DNA of 64,000 nt, taken from Deltaproteobacteria bacterium (lineage in GTDB: Bacteria > Desulfobacterota > Desulfomonilia > UBA1062). The translations under genes and the position numbers were made by a program. Location of the stretch: positions 6,438 through 70,437 of the forward strand of contig JAGOOG010000013.1 in assembly GCA_017992605.1 (NCBI GenBank). Reading direction: 5' to 3'. Below are positions 26,958-36,533 of this stretch, piece by piece. Below the pieces are notes generated by a model, which was given only the letters and a program-made list of their open reading frames with translations, was not told the origin of the DNA and ran no database searches. Numbering within the stretch: the stretch's first letter is position 1; each line of letters starts with the position of its first letter.

Positions 26958-28109
26958 ATGCTGACTGCAACCCATACCGATCTGAAACCTTTTGAAGACC
27001 TGGCCGCGTCCTTCGCCGCCAAGGAACTCGCCAAGAAAACCGAGGAGCACGACACCTACCCCTTCGGACCGTTCTTCACCAAGGTGCTGGACAAGGCCTA
27101 CGAGGTGGGCTTCCTGGGCGTCCTCCTGCCGGAAGATCTTGGCGGCATCAATGGAGGGATCAGCGCCCTGTGCGTGATCCTGGACAATATCTGCCGTGCG
27201 GACAGTTCTCTGGGCGGCATCATCTTCACCAATGCCCTGGCCCAGCAGATCATGACGGAGGCCAAGGCCGATACGGCTCTCAAGAAGATCTTCCCCAAGG
27301 CATCAAATGCGAGGGAATTCCTGGTGGCCTGCCCCTCCTTCTGCAACCCGGCCCAGATGGTGAAGCTGCCGACCGCCGAACGCTCGGGCAAGGGGGGGTA
27401 TGTTCTCAAAGGAAACCTCGAATACCTCGTGCTGGGGAATATTGCAGCCAATGCCCTGATACCCGCACGGGTGGAAGGCAAGCCGGGCCTCTCGTTCTTC
27501 CTGATGGACCTCGGTGGCAAAAGCGTGAAGAAGGGCGAGCCCATCTTCAGCCTGGGGCTCCATGCCTGCCCTGCCGTGGACGTCACCTTCGAAGACGCCG
27601 GGGCGCGGCTGGTCGGCGAGGAAGGGTCGGGTTACGCACTGTTCCAGGAGGTGTCCGGGAAACTTCACGTGGCCGCGGCGGCCATGTCCGCAGGCATCCT
27701 GAAAGGGTCGTTCAGCGCGGCCCTGGCCTATTCCCGGGAGCGTTTCCAGGGGGGATGCCAGATCATCAACTGGTCCGAGGTGAGCATGCTCCTCGCCAAC
27801 ATGGCCGTCAAGGCCGACGTGGCAGACCTGTGCGTGGCACAGGCCTGCCAGGCCCTGGAATCGGGTGCGCGGGACCGGGGAAGGTTAGCCGTCTCTGCGG
27901 CGGTCCACGTTCACGAGCTGTGCTGCGAGGCGGTCAACGACGGGGTGCAGGTGCTCGGAGGCAACGGATACATGAAGGACTACGGCCAGGAGAAGCGCTA
28001 CCGCGATGCCAGGCAGGTACAGGCCCTGCTGGGTATCTCCCCCATGAAGAAGATCTCCATCATACGCCAGATCGCGGGCCTCGAAGACACCTGTGCCGCA
28101 GCATTCTGA
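26958..28109 (+). CDS. Acyl-CoA dehydrogenase-like protein lacking the TEPxAGSD motif (possible non-catalytic partner subunit)
   Basis: ACAD fold with C-terminus ...EKRYRDARQVQALLGISPMKKI, but no xTEPxAGSD motif. Overlaps the preceding ACAD gene. Confidence 0.75.
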   Translation: MLTATHTDLKPFEDLAASFAAKELAKKTEEHDTYPFGPFFTKVLDKAYEVGFLGVLLPEDLGGINGGISALCVILDNICRADSSLGGIIFTNALAQQIMTEAKADTALKKIFPKASNAREFLVACPSFCNPAQMVKLPTAERSGKGGYVLKGNLEYLVLGNIAANALIPARVEGKPGLSFFLMDLGGKSVKKGEPIFSLGLHACPAVDVTFEDAGARLVGEEGSGYALFQEVSGKLHVAAAAMSAGILKGSFSAALAYSRERFQGGCQIINWSEVSMLLANMAVKADVADLCVAQACQALESGARDRGRLAVSAAVHVHELCCEAVNDGVQVLGGNGYMKDYGQEKRYRDARQVQALLGISPMKKISIIRQIAGLEDTCAAAF

Positions 28110-28122
28110 CAGGAGTTGTGTA

Positions 28123-28965
28123 ATGGATGAAAGAAAGACTGCAGTGGTCACCGGTGCAGCCTCCGGCTTCGGCAGGGACATTGCCATAGCCCTTGGAAGA
28201 AAAGGGTCCCGGGTGCTCGTCGCTGATCTTGATATGAAGGAAGCGGCGATCACCTCGACGATGGTGGTGCAGGCCGGCGGCGCAGGTGAGGTCTACCGGT
28301 GCGACGTGACCAGGGTGGAGGAGGTGCAGGCCATGGCCGACCATGTCTTCGCTGCCTGGGGCGGCCTGGACCTGCTCGTGAACAACGCAGGAGTTGCAGC
28401 TGCCGGCGTCGTGGGTAACATGCCCATCGAGGACTGGCACTGGCTCATGAACATCAACCTCTGGGGCATGGTCTACGGCTGCCATGCCTTCATCCCGAGG
28501 ATGAAGCAGTCACAAAGAGGCCACATAATCAATGTGGCTTCCCTCGCCGGCATCGTGAGCCTGCCCGAGATGGCCTGCTACAACGTGTCCAAGGCGGCCG
28601 TGATATCGCTGAGCGAGACGCTGCGCGGAGAGCTGGCCCCCTTCGGCATTGGGGTGAGCGTGGTGTGCCCGTCGTTCTTCAACACGAATCTCCTGCGCGA
28701 TATGCGCTACTGCGACGAGTTCCAGTGCACCTTCGCCCATGCAGCCTTCGACAACGCCAGGATGACCTCCGAAGACGTCGCGGGACTGGTGCTGAAGGCC
28801 TGGGAGAAGAACCGCCTCTACGTACTACCGCAGGCTTCGGCGAAGATGCAGTGGTTCTTCAAGAGGCTTTCACCAGCGAACTACTACGAGAATTTCGCAC
28901 GACTGAACAAATCGGACATGTTCCGCAGGTTCGTCCTGGTGATGGCACGGCTCGGACTGACCTAG
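28123..28965 (+). CDS. SDR family oxidoreductase
   Basis: TGAASGFGRD Rossmann motif and YNVSKAAV catalytic Tyr-x3-Lys. Confidence 0.85.
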   Translation: MDERKTAVVTGAASGFGRDIAIALGRKGSRVLVADLDMKEAAITSTMVVQAGGAGEVYRCDVTRVEEVQAMADHVFAAWGGLDLLVNNAGVAAAGVVGNMPIEDWHWLMNINLWGMVYGCHAFIPRMKQSQRGHIINVASLAGIVSLPEMACYNVSKAAVISLSETLRGELAPFGIGVSVVCPSFFNTNLLRDMRYCDEFQCTFAHAAFDNARMTSEDVAGLVLKAWEKNRLYVLPQASAKMQWFFKRLSPANYYENFARLNKSDMFRRFVLVMARLGLT

Positions 28966-28979
28966 ACAGGGGGACGACC

Positions 28980-29741
28980 ATGATGACAAACCCGCTTTCC
29001 TTTCTTGTGAAGATACCCATGAGATACATCCTCACTGCCCTGGCCGCCGCAGGAGCCTTGGCCCTCGCCGCACGGCCCGGGACAAACCCCTATCTGGGAA
29101 AGTCACTGCAGTCCATCATCCCCAAGGACCGGGAGGCCATCACCGTCGAGGACCTCCGGAAGCTGAACCGGCAGCAGCTCGTTGGCATTTTCCACCAGCT
29201 CGTCTCTCCCGAGGTCGGCGAGATGAGGGGGGAATACCGGGCCATGCTGATGGACAGTGGCAATGCCGTGAACAGGTTCCTGAGCGTCCTCTTCCTGTAC
29301 TTGACCTGGGGCATGTGGATGCACAAGGCCTTTGAACCGGTCTCGGAAAGGCACGGGCACGGCTACAACACCTTTCTCGCCACGCTTCCCAGGGTCCCTG
29401 AGAACGTCTTCGCCGCCGGGGCGGCAAGCCTGTTCGGTATCGTGAAAGCGGCATTCGGATCATCGTCACCCCAGAGGATGGTCCGCATGATGTGCAACAG
29501 GACCTTCATCGGGCCTTCCCGGTTCGACAGGAGGACGTCGTTCCACCTCGTCTACAGCGACTACAATTCATTCTACACCTCCACCATGAGGGACGAGGTA
29601 CGCAAGGTCAATGATACCCTCTTCCTCGGACTCGGCACCCTCACCATAACCGGGGGCACGAGGAACATCTTCCCGTTCGTGCTCATGGGTCCGCCCGATC
29701 CCTGGGTCGGCCCCGATGAGGGCTACCCGGAAGACCGTTGA
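28980..29741 (+). CDS. Hypothetical protein (254 aa), N-terminal hydrophobic segment
   Basis: MMTNPLSFLVKIPMRYILTALAAAGALALAA..., no recognised domain. Placed between the SDR and crotonase genes. The track ORF 28665..29741 is over-extended. Confidence 0.55.
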   Translation: MMTNPLSFLVKIPMRYILTALAAAGALALAARPGTNPYLGKSLQSIIPKDREAITVEDLRKLNRQQLVGIFHQLVSPEVGEMRGEYRAMLMDSGNAVNRFLSVLFLYLTWGMWMHKAFEPVSERHGHGYNTFLATLPRVPENVFAAGAASLFGIVKAAFGSSSPQRMVRMMCNRTFIGPSRFDRRTSFHLVYSDYNSFYTSTMRDEVRKVNDTLFLGLGTLTITGGTRNIFPFVLMGPPDPWVGPDEGYPEDR

Positions 29742-29764
29742 AGCTGATGTGAAAGGAGCGCGGT

Positions 29765-30778
29765 ATGGATCTGAAATATCTCAAGACGCGTCAGGTGGGC
29801 GCCACCCTCTGGGTGGAGATCAATAACCCCCCGGTCAACTGGCTCACCACGGATATCTGCGAGGAGCTATTCATGCTGGTCAGAAAGGTCGAGAAGGACC
29901 CGTCCATACGGGTCTTCATCCTCACCGGCGGCATCGATGACGTCTACATCATGCACTTCTCCATCCCCGAGCTCGTGAAGATCTCTCCGGACAACGAGAA
30001 GATCATGATGGACAAGATCTTCAGATCACGTATCCTCGGCAGAATGTTCGCTTTTCTCACAACCTTTTCGAACTGGCTCATGGACTGGGTTCCCGGGTAT
30101 GAGACCCTCACCCTGAAGAATTTCAAGGCCATCCGGAACTTTTCGTCCACCCTCTTCCTGTGGTTCCTCATGCACCGGCTCTACCTCGCCATCGAGCGCA
30201 TGGGCAAGATAACCATAGCCGCCATCAACGGGCCCTGCAACGGCGGGGGCACCGAGCTGTCCGCCTGTTTCGACTTCCGCTTCATGATCCACGACCAGGA
30301 CTTCACCATCGGCCAGCCCGAGGTCCTGGTGGGTATCATCGCAGGCGGCGGAGGAACCCAGCGCTTGCCGAGGCTCCTCGGCAAGGCCAGGGCCCTGGAG
30401 ATCATGCTCACCGGAAAGCAGCTCACGCCTGAACAGGCCAAGGCCAGCGGGCTCATTACGGACCACTTTGCCAAGGATGAATTCATCCGAAGGGTGCAGG
30501 AGTTCGCAGACACCATGGCCAGGCGGATCCCTGTCGCTGTCAAAGGAACGAAACTGGCGGTTCATGACGGGTTCGAGACCTCGCTCCGCCACGGGCTGAG
30601 CATCGAGATGGAGCAGACCATCCGGTGCTTCGCCTCGCCCATGACCAGGAAGGTGCTGCCAGCGTATGCGTCATTCATAAGAAAGAGGGTGGAAGTGCCA
30701 AAAGAAGAGCGTGCAACCATTCACGAAGTCATCGAGATGCTGCAGGGCGATGAATTCCTTAAAAAACTGAGCGACTGA
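29765..30778 (+). CDS. Enoyl-CoA hydratase/isomerase (crotonase) family protein
   Basis: ...AAINGPCNGGGTELSACFDFRFM...GIIAGGGGTQRLPRLLG... crotonase-fold oxyanion-hole region. 337 aa. Confidence 0.85.
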   Translation: MDLKYLKTRQVGATLWVEINNPPVNWLTTDICEELFMLVRKVEKDPSIRVFILTGGIDDVYIMHFSIPELVKISPDNEKIMMDKIFRSRILGRMFAFLTTFSNWLMDWVPGYETLTLKNFKAIRNFSSTLFLWFLMHRLYLAIERMGKITIAAINGPCNGGGTELSACFDFRFMIHDQDFTIGQPEVLVGIIAGGGGTQRLPRLLGKARALEIMLTGKQLTPEQAKASGLITDHFAKDEFIRRVQEFADTMARRIPVAVKGTKLAVHDGFETSLRHGLSIEMEQTIRCFASPMTRKVLPAYASFIRKRVEVPKEERATIHEVIEMLQGDEFLKKLSD

Positions 30779-30789
30779 GGAGGTTCACC

Positions 30790-32043
30790 ATGAGTGATGA
30801 TGTGTACATTGTCGGCGTGGGGATGATCAAGTTCGGCAAGTACCTCGACACGGGCATCAAGGCGCTGACCGGCGAAGCCCTGGACCTGGCGCTCAGGGAC
30901 TGCGGACTGTCCCTGGCCGACATCGAGGCGGCGTGGTTCTCCAACTCGTCATGGGGGATCTCCTCCTTCCAGCACTGCATCCGGGGCCAGGTGGCGTTGT
31001 CTGCCAACGGCCTGGCCGGCATCCCCATCACCAACGTGGAGAACGCGTGCGCCGGCGGTTCCACGGCCCTGAACGCGGCATGGATGGCAATCAAGGCGGG
31101 TCAGTTCGACTGTGTGCTCGCCATCGGTGCAGAGAAGCTCTACGGCAGAGACCGGGCAAAGACCATGGAAGGCTTCATCTCCGGGACCGACGTGGAGGTG
31201 ACCATGCAGCTCATCGCACAGTTCCAGGAGGGGGAGAAGAAGCGGAGGGAAGAGCAGGCAAAGCACACCGGGGAGAAGGTCGTGGAGGAGAAGCCCGGGG
31301 GCCATTCATCCTTCATGGATCTCTATGCCATGGGGGCCCGCATGCACATGGAGCGCTACGGGTCCACCCAGCGGCAGCTGGCCGTGATCGCGGCCAAGGC
31401 GCACAACAACTCCACCTTCAACTCGCTGGCCCAGTACACCTTCCCCATGACCGTGGACGAGGTCATGGCCGACCGCGAAGTGGCCTGGCCCCTGACCCGG
31501 GCCATGTGCGCGCCCATCGGCGACGGGGCGGCCGCAACCATCGTGTGCGGCAAGAAGTTCATGAAAAGGATCGGGAAGAACAGGGCCGTGCGCATCCGGG
31601 CTTCCGTGCTGAAATCGGGCACACGCGAGGGCGACAACGACATCTGCGCCCGGTCATCGTCGGCGGCCTATGCCATGGCCGGCGTCGGGCCTGAAGACAT
31701 CGACGTGGCCGAGGTGCACGACGCCACGGCCTTCGGCGAGCTCTACCAGACCGAGCAGATGGGCTTCTGCCCCGTCGGTGAAGGCGGGAGGTTCGCCGAG
31801 AGCGGCGAGACGGCCATCGGCGGGAAGATCCCCATCAACCCGAGCGGCGGGCTCATGGCCCGCGGCCACCCCATCGGCGCGTCGGGCCTTGCCCAGGTCT
31901 TCGAGCTCGTGACCCACCTGCGGGGCGAGGCCGGCACGAGGCAGGTGAACGGGGCCCGGATTGCCATGGCCGAGAACGGGGGCGGGTTCCTCGGCATGGG
32001 AGAGGCAGCCATGGCCATACATATCCTGGAGAAGATAACATAG
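30790..32043 (+). CDS. Thiolase-domain protein, SCP-x/nonspecific lipid-transfer-type
   Basis: MSDDVYIVGVGMIKFGK... N-terminus, catalytic region ...NACAGGSTAL..., C-terminal ...NPSGGLMARGHPIGASG... Confidence 0.85.
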   Translation: MSDDVYIVGVGMIKFGKYLDTGIKALTGEALDLALRDCGLSLADIEAAWFSNSSWGISSFQHCIRGQVALSANGLAGIPITNVENACAGGSTALNAAWMAIKAGQFDCVLAIGAEKLYGRDRAKTMEGFISGTDVEVTMQLIAQFQEGEKKRREEQAKHTGEKVVEEKPGGHSSFMDLYAMGARMHMERYGSTQRQLAVIAAKAHNNSTFNSLAQYTFPMTVDEVMADREVAWPLTRAMCAPIGDGAAATIVCGKKFMKRIGKNRAVRIRASVLKSGTREGDNDICARSSSAAYAMAGVGPEDIDVAEVHDATAFGELYQTEQMGFCPVGEGGRFAESGETAIGGKIPINPSGGLMARGHPIGASGLAQVFELVTHLRGEAGTRQVNGARIAMAENGGGFLGMGEAAMAIHILEKIT

Positions 32044-32057
32044 AGACTGAGATTCCA

Positions 32058-32807
32058 TTGGAGGTGTCAGTTATGGAGAGCGTGGCGAGGAAAGAATCAA
32101 AGGCCGATCTCGTGGAGCGCCTGAAAAAGGACTTCACCGAGACCGAGAAGGTGATCCTGGAAAGGCGGAGCGTCAGGCTCTACAAGGACGAGCAGGTGCC
32201 GGAGTTCATGGTCAGACGGATCCTGGAGGCCGGCAGGTTCGCCCCCTCGGCCGGGAACTGCCAGCCATGGAAGTTCGTCGTGGTGCGGGACCCCGACCTC
32301 ATCTACGAGATGACCGAGGACGTCGCCGACGCCTGCGGCATCTTCAGCAAGATCGTGAACTATACCAGGCCCGGCAGGGAGGGGCTCAGGACCTTTTCCA
32401 AGATCATGACGCGCCTGCGCAAGCACGACCTCCACCCCGTGCCGTTCGCCGCGGTCTCCCTCATCGGGGACCGCAAGCTAGGGCTGTGGCACGGCGCACC
32501 CACGGTCATCCTCATCTTCTACGACACCCGGGGCGTGGGCTGCCCGGAGCTCGACTGCGGCATTGCCGGGCAGAACATGGTGCTGGCGGCCCACAGCATG
32601 GGCCTTGGAACCTGCTGGGTGAGCTTTTCCAAGCTCCTCTTCGAGTACAATCCAAAATGGAAGAAGGTCTTCAGCATCAGCTACCCGTTCAAGTTCATAA
32701 CGAGCATCGCCGTGGGATGGCCCGTGGGCGAGCCGGACGGCATGATATCGCGCCAGACCCATGCGGTGGACTGGTACGAAGGTCAGAAAAAATCGACCAT
32801 CTACTGA
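32058..32807 (+). CDS. Nitroreductase family protein
   Basis: RRSVRLYKDEQVP...AGRFAPSAGNCQPWKFVVV matches the FMN-nitroreductase N-terminal signature. Confidence 0.8.
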   Translation: MEVSVMESVARKESKADLVERLKKDFTETEKVILERRSVRLYKDEQVPEFMVRRILEAGRFAPSAGNCQPWKFVVVRDPDLIYEMTEDVADACGIFSKIVNYTRPGREGLRTFSKIMTRLRKHDLHPVPFAAVSLIGDRKLGLWHGAPTVILIFYDTRGVGCPELDCGIAGQNMVLAAHSMGLGTCWVSFSKLLFEYNPKWKKVFSISYPFKFITSIAVGWPVGEPDGMISRQTHAVDWYEGQKKSTIY

Positions 32808-32822
32808 TGCGGGAGGAAAACC

Positions 32823-33149
32823 ATGGGATACATGACATTGCTGGAAAGATTCAGGATACCGACCTACAACGACCCCAACGAGACGATCCTCGGCAGGGTG
32901 GATTTTGACCTCGCCCGCTGCACGGGCTGCGGCATGTGCGTGAAGATATGCCCCGCCTCGGCCCTGGAACTGGTCGACAAGAAGGCAACGATGAAGGAAC
33001 CGCCGGACGACCAGTGCATGTTCTGCGGCGACTGCCAGGCCGTCTGCCCCGTTGATGCCGTGATCATGAAGAGGCCGTACCGCTGGACCTCGTTCTACAA
33101 GGTCATCGAACACGGCGAACCAAAGCCGCCGAGGCTCTTCACGGATTGA
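32823..33149 (+). CDS. 2x[4Fe-4S] ferredoxin
   Basis: Two CxxCxxCxxxCP clusters (CTGCGMCVKICP and CMFCGDCQAVCP). 108 aa. Confidence 0.8.
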   Translation: MGYMTLLERFRIPTYNDPNETILGRVDFDLARCTGCGMCVKICPASALELVDKKATMKEPPDDQCMFCGDCQAVCPVDAVIMKRPYRWTSFYKVIEHGEPKPPRLFTD

Positions 33150-33189
33150 TCGGGACGACTGCAAACAGTGACATGAAAGGGAGGGTTCC

Positions 33190-34767
33190 ATGAGCGAAAA
33201 GGTGTCAACCTGGGTATCGGTCCTGGAGGAGCAGGCAGCGACGAGGCCGGAGTGCCGCTTTCTCTACGTGGTTTACCAGGACCGCTCCATCACGTACGGC
33301 GAAACCGACAGGAACGCGAACCGGTTCGCCCATTATTTCCTGGGCCTGGGCGCCAAGCCCGGCGACGGTGTGGCGGTGCTCATGAACAACTCTCCCCAGT
33401 TTCTGGACGTGTTCTTCGGCATCCAGAAGATCGGCATGTACATCAACACCGTCAACACGGCGCTCAAGGGTGACGGCCTGGCCTTCATCATCGACAACAG
33501 CGACACGAAATTCCTCGTGGTGGACCACGACCTCGTGGACCTGTACCGGAGCGTCGCGGAGGAGACCCCCCAGGTGAAGACCGTCATCGTCAACACCCTG
33601 GAAGCGCCTGCAGGCTACACGGCGCCTGCGGGCATGCTCGACCTGAAGGCAGCCTACGATACAAGCCTGCCCGCCACGAAGCCGTCCGTGGAGTTCGACG
33701 AGAACAACATCCTCATCCTCATGTACACGTCCGGCACCACGGGCCTGCCCAAGGGGGTGGTGTCGCGGTACAACCGGAACGTGGTGGATAGGCTGCGGCT
33801 CCTGGCGGGCCTGATCCTCAAGCCGGAGTCGGTCTACTACACCGCACTTCCCCTGTTCCACGGCAACGCCCTGTTCGTCACCACCACCCAGGCCCTCATC
33901 GCAGGCTGCACCGTGGCGCTGTCCAAGCGCTTTTCCGCGAGCCGCTTCTGGGAGGAGATCTCGAAGTCAGGCGCCAGTTTCTTCAACACCATCGGGGCCA
34001 TCATCCCGATCCTCATGAAGACGCCGGAAAGCCCCTACGAGAGGAACCACAAGGTGACGCACGTCTTCTCGGCAGGCTGCCCGGCCGATCTCTGGGAACC
34101 CTTCGAGAAGCGGTTCGGAGTCATCATCTGGGAGGCCTATGCGGCCATCGACGGCACGGGATTCATCGCCAACTTCGGCGACGGACCCAAGGGATCCATC
34201 GGAAAGTCAGTACTGAGTGTTATCAGGGTCGTGGACGACAAGGGCAACGACGTCCCTCCCATGACCACCGGCGAACTCCTCTTCCAGGTCCCCCAGGACA
34301 AGAAGAGCACCGTGGAGTACTACAAGAACGAAAAGGCCACGAGCGAGAAGACCAGGGGTGACTGGGAGTACACGGGCGACCTGGTCTATCAGGACCCGGA
34401 GGGGTTCATCTACTTCGTGGGCAGGAGCACTGATTCCATGCGGCGACGGGGAGAGAACGTGTCCGCCTTCGACGTGGAGCAGGCCATACTCAAGCACCCC
34501 TCCGTGGTTGAGGCGGCCGTGTATGCCGTTCCGTCCGAGATGACCGAGGACGAGATCATGGCATCGGTGAAGCTCGTCGACGGCCAGAAGCTCACCCCGC
34601 AGGAGATGTGGGAATTTCTCCAGGACAAGCTCGCCAGGTTCGCCATCCCGCGCTATATCCGGATCGTGGATGAATTTCCCCGGACAGAGACCTTCCGCAT
34701 CAAGAAGAACGAGCTGAAAAACCTCGGTGTCACGGCGGACACCTTCGATGCCGAGAGAAAAACCTGA
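33190..34767 (+). CDS. AMP-dependent acyl-CoA synthetase/ligase
   Basis: YTSGTTGLPKGV AMP-binding motif. 525 aa. Confidence 0.9.
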   Translation: MSEKVSTWVSVLEEQAATRPECRFLYVVYQDRSITYGETDRNANRFAHYFLGLGAKPGDGVAVLMNNSPQFLDVFFGIQKIGMYINTVNTALKGDGLAFIIDNSDTKFLVVDHDLVDLYRSVAEETPQVKTVIVNTLEAPAGYTAPAGMLDLKAAYDTSLPATKPSVEFDENNILILMYTSGTTGLPKGVVSRYNRNVVDRLRLLAGLILKPESVYYTALPLFHGNALFVTTTQALIAGCTVALSKRFSASRFWEEISKSGASFFNTIGAIIPILMKTPESPYERNHKVTHVFSAGCPADLWEPFEKRFGVIIWEAYAAIDGTGFIANFGDGPKGSIGKSVLSVIRVVDDKGNDVPPMTTGELLFQVPQDKKSTVEYYKNEKATSEKTRGDWEYTGDLVYQDPEGFIYFVGRSTDSMRRRGENVSAFDVEQAILKHPSVVEAAVYAVPSEMTEDEIMASVKLVDGQKLTPQEMWEFLQDKLARFAIPRYIRIVDEFPRTETFRIKKNELKNLGVTADTFDAERKT

Positions 34768-34830
34768 GAAATCAGGTAGAGAATCCTGTGTTGCAGAGAA
34801 GACAACAGCACGAGAGGAGACGACATCATT

Positions 34831-35670
34831 ATGAAGGATCTGAAGAACAAGGTTGTGGCCATAACGGGCGCTGCATCAGGCATCGGCAGGATGCTGGCTG
34901 TAAACCTGGCAGACGAGGGCAGCCGCCTGGCCCTTGGGGATGTCGACGAGACAGGGCTGCGTGAAACCTCAGGTCTCGTAGGAAGCAAGGTGGGCGTCTC
35001 CACCCATATCGTGGATGTGTCGGATCTCCGCCAGGTCCAACTCTTCGCCGATGAGGCCGCCCTGCACCATGGCGGTGTGGACATGATCATCAACAATGCG
35101 GGTGTCGCCCTGGGTGACTTCCTGGAGACCGTGCCCATGGAAGACTTCCAGTGGATCGTGGGGATTGACTTCTGGGGCGTGGTTCACGGCACCATGGCCT
35201 TCCTGCCCCTGCTGCGAAAGCGCCCGGAAGGGCATGTGGTGAACATATCGAGCATCAACGGAATCCTTCCCAATCCCAACAACGGCCCGTACTGCGCCGC
35301 CAAGTTCGCGGTCAAGGGGTACACCGAGACCCTGGCCCAGGAAATGAGAGGAACGACCATCCGGGTGAGCTGTGTGCACCCCGGCGGCATCAAGACCAAC
35401 ATAGCCAGGAACTGCCGTTTCAACCGCGCCCTGAGTTCCCTTTCCAAGGAAAAGGCGCTGTGCCTCTACGAGGAGGAACTCTTCAGGACCACTGCGGACG
35501 AGGCGGCAAAAATAATCATCAGGGGCATCAAGGGCAACAGGAAACGCATCATGGTGGGCACCGACGCCAGGGTCCTGGATATCCTGACAAGGCTGCTCCC
35601 CGTCACCGCGGTGACCCTGTCAGACCTGGTGTCGCGTTTCCTTGCAAAGAAATACGCATCGAGGGCATGA
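34831..35670 (+). CDS. SDR family oxidoreductase
   Basis: ITGAASGIGR and YCAAKFAVKG motifs. Confidence 0.85.
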   Translation: MKDLKNKVVAITGAASGIGRMLAVNLADEGSRLALGDVDETGLRETSGLVGSKVGVSTHIVDVSDLRQVQLFADEAALHHGGVDMIINNAGVALGDFLETVPMEDFQWIVGIDFWGVVHGTMAFLPLLRKRPEGHVVNISSINGILPNPNNGPYCAAKFAVKGYTETLAQEMRGTTIRVSCVHPGGIKTNIARNCRFNRALSSLSKEKALCLYEEELFRTTADEAAKIIIRGIKGNRKRIMVGTDARVLDILTRLLPVTAVTLSDLVSRFLAKKYASRA

Positions 35671-35858
35671 AAGATCTACAATCCGCCTTCACCTGTTCAT
35701 CCCCCGGCATGGTTCTGTAAAAGAACTGTCGTTCCCTTGCAGAACGTTGACGATCCAGGGTGGACATTATATAGACCATCTTCAGAAAAACTGTGTTCTG
35801 ATACGGTTCAGACTCTTTGTGCCACCGGCTCACACATTATTGAAACCAAAGGAGCTTT

Positions 35859-36527
35859 ATGGCTTCCCGCATGAAAGATATCATGATATCTGAGACCTTC
35901 CTGTCTTTTCTCTACTGGTTCATCCGTGCCTACAGCGCCACGTTCAGATACACGATCGAAAACGAGAATGCCTGGATGTCCTATCTGAACCAGGGCGGAA
36001 GAGTGCTGCTGTGCACCTGGCACCAGCAGTTCTTCGCTGCAATACGCCCCTTTCAGAACTATCGGGACTACAATCCCTCCCTCATGATCAGCAAGAGTAC
36101 CGACGGCACTATAATAGCAGGTGTGGCAAAGCGGAGCGGGTGGAACCCGGTGCTCGGTTCATCCTCCAAGGGCGGGGCCGAGGCATTGAAGGATATGATC
36201 GCCGGCCTCAAGAAATCCCGGCTTGCCGGTCATGTGGTGGATGGGCCCAGAGGTCCTGCGGGCAGGATAAAGGCGGGCATCATCCGTCTTGCCCATGCGG
36301 CCGACGCGGTCATCGTACCGTTCTACACCAGTGCCGACAGGGCATGGTACTTCAACAGCTGGGACAACTTTCTCCTCCCCAAGCCGTTCTCGAGGGTGAC
36401 GCTGACCTACGGCGAGATGATCAGGTTCGATCGACCCGTGGGACAGGACGACTTCGAAAGCCAGCGCAGGAGACTCGAAGACGTCATGACGCCGGGCCTG
36501 CAGGGAAGGCTCGCCCGCCTTCCGTGA
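35859..36527 (+). CDS. DUF374 / lysophospholipid acyltransferase-like protein
   Basis: ...LCTWHQQFF...ISKSTDGTIIAGV...HVVDGPRGPAG... is typical of the DUF374 family. Confidence 0.65.
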   Translation: MASRMKDIMISETFLSFLYWFIRAYSATFRYTIENENAWMSYLNQGGRVLLCTWHQQFFAAIRPFQNYRDYNPSLMISKSTDGTIIAGVAKRSGWNPVLGSSSKGGAEALKDMIAGLKKSRLAGHVVDGPRGPAGRIKAGIIRLAHAADAVIVPFYTSADRAWYFNSWDNFLLPKPFSRVTLTYGEMIRFDRPVGQDDFESQRRRLEDVMTPGLQGRLARLP

Positions 36528-36533
36528 ATCATC

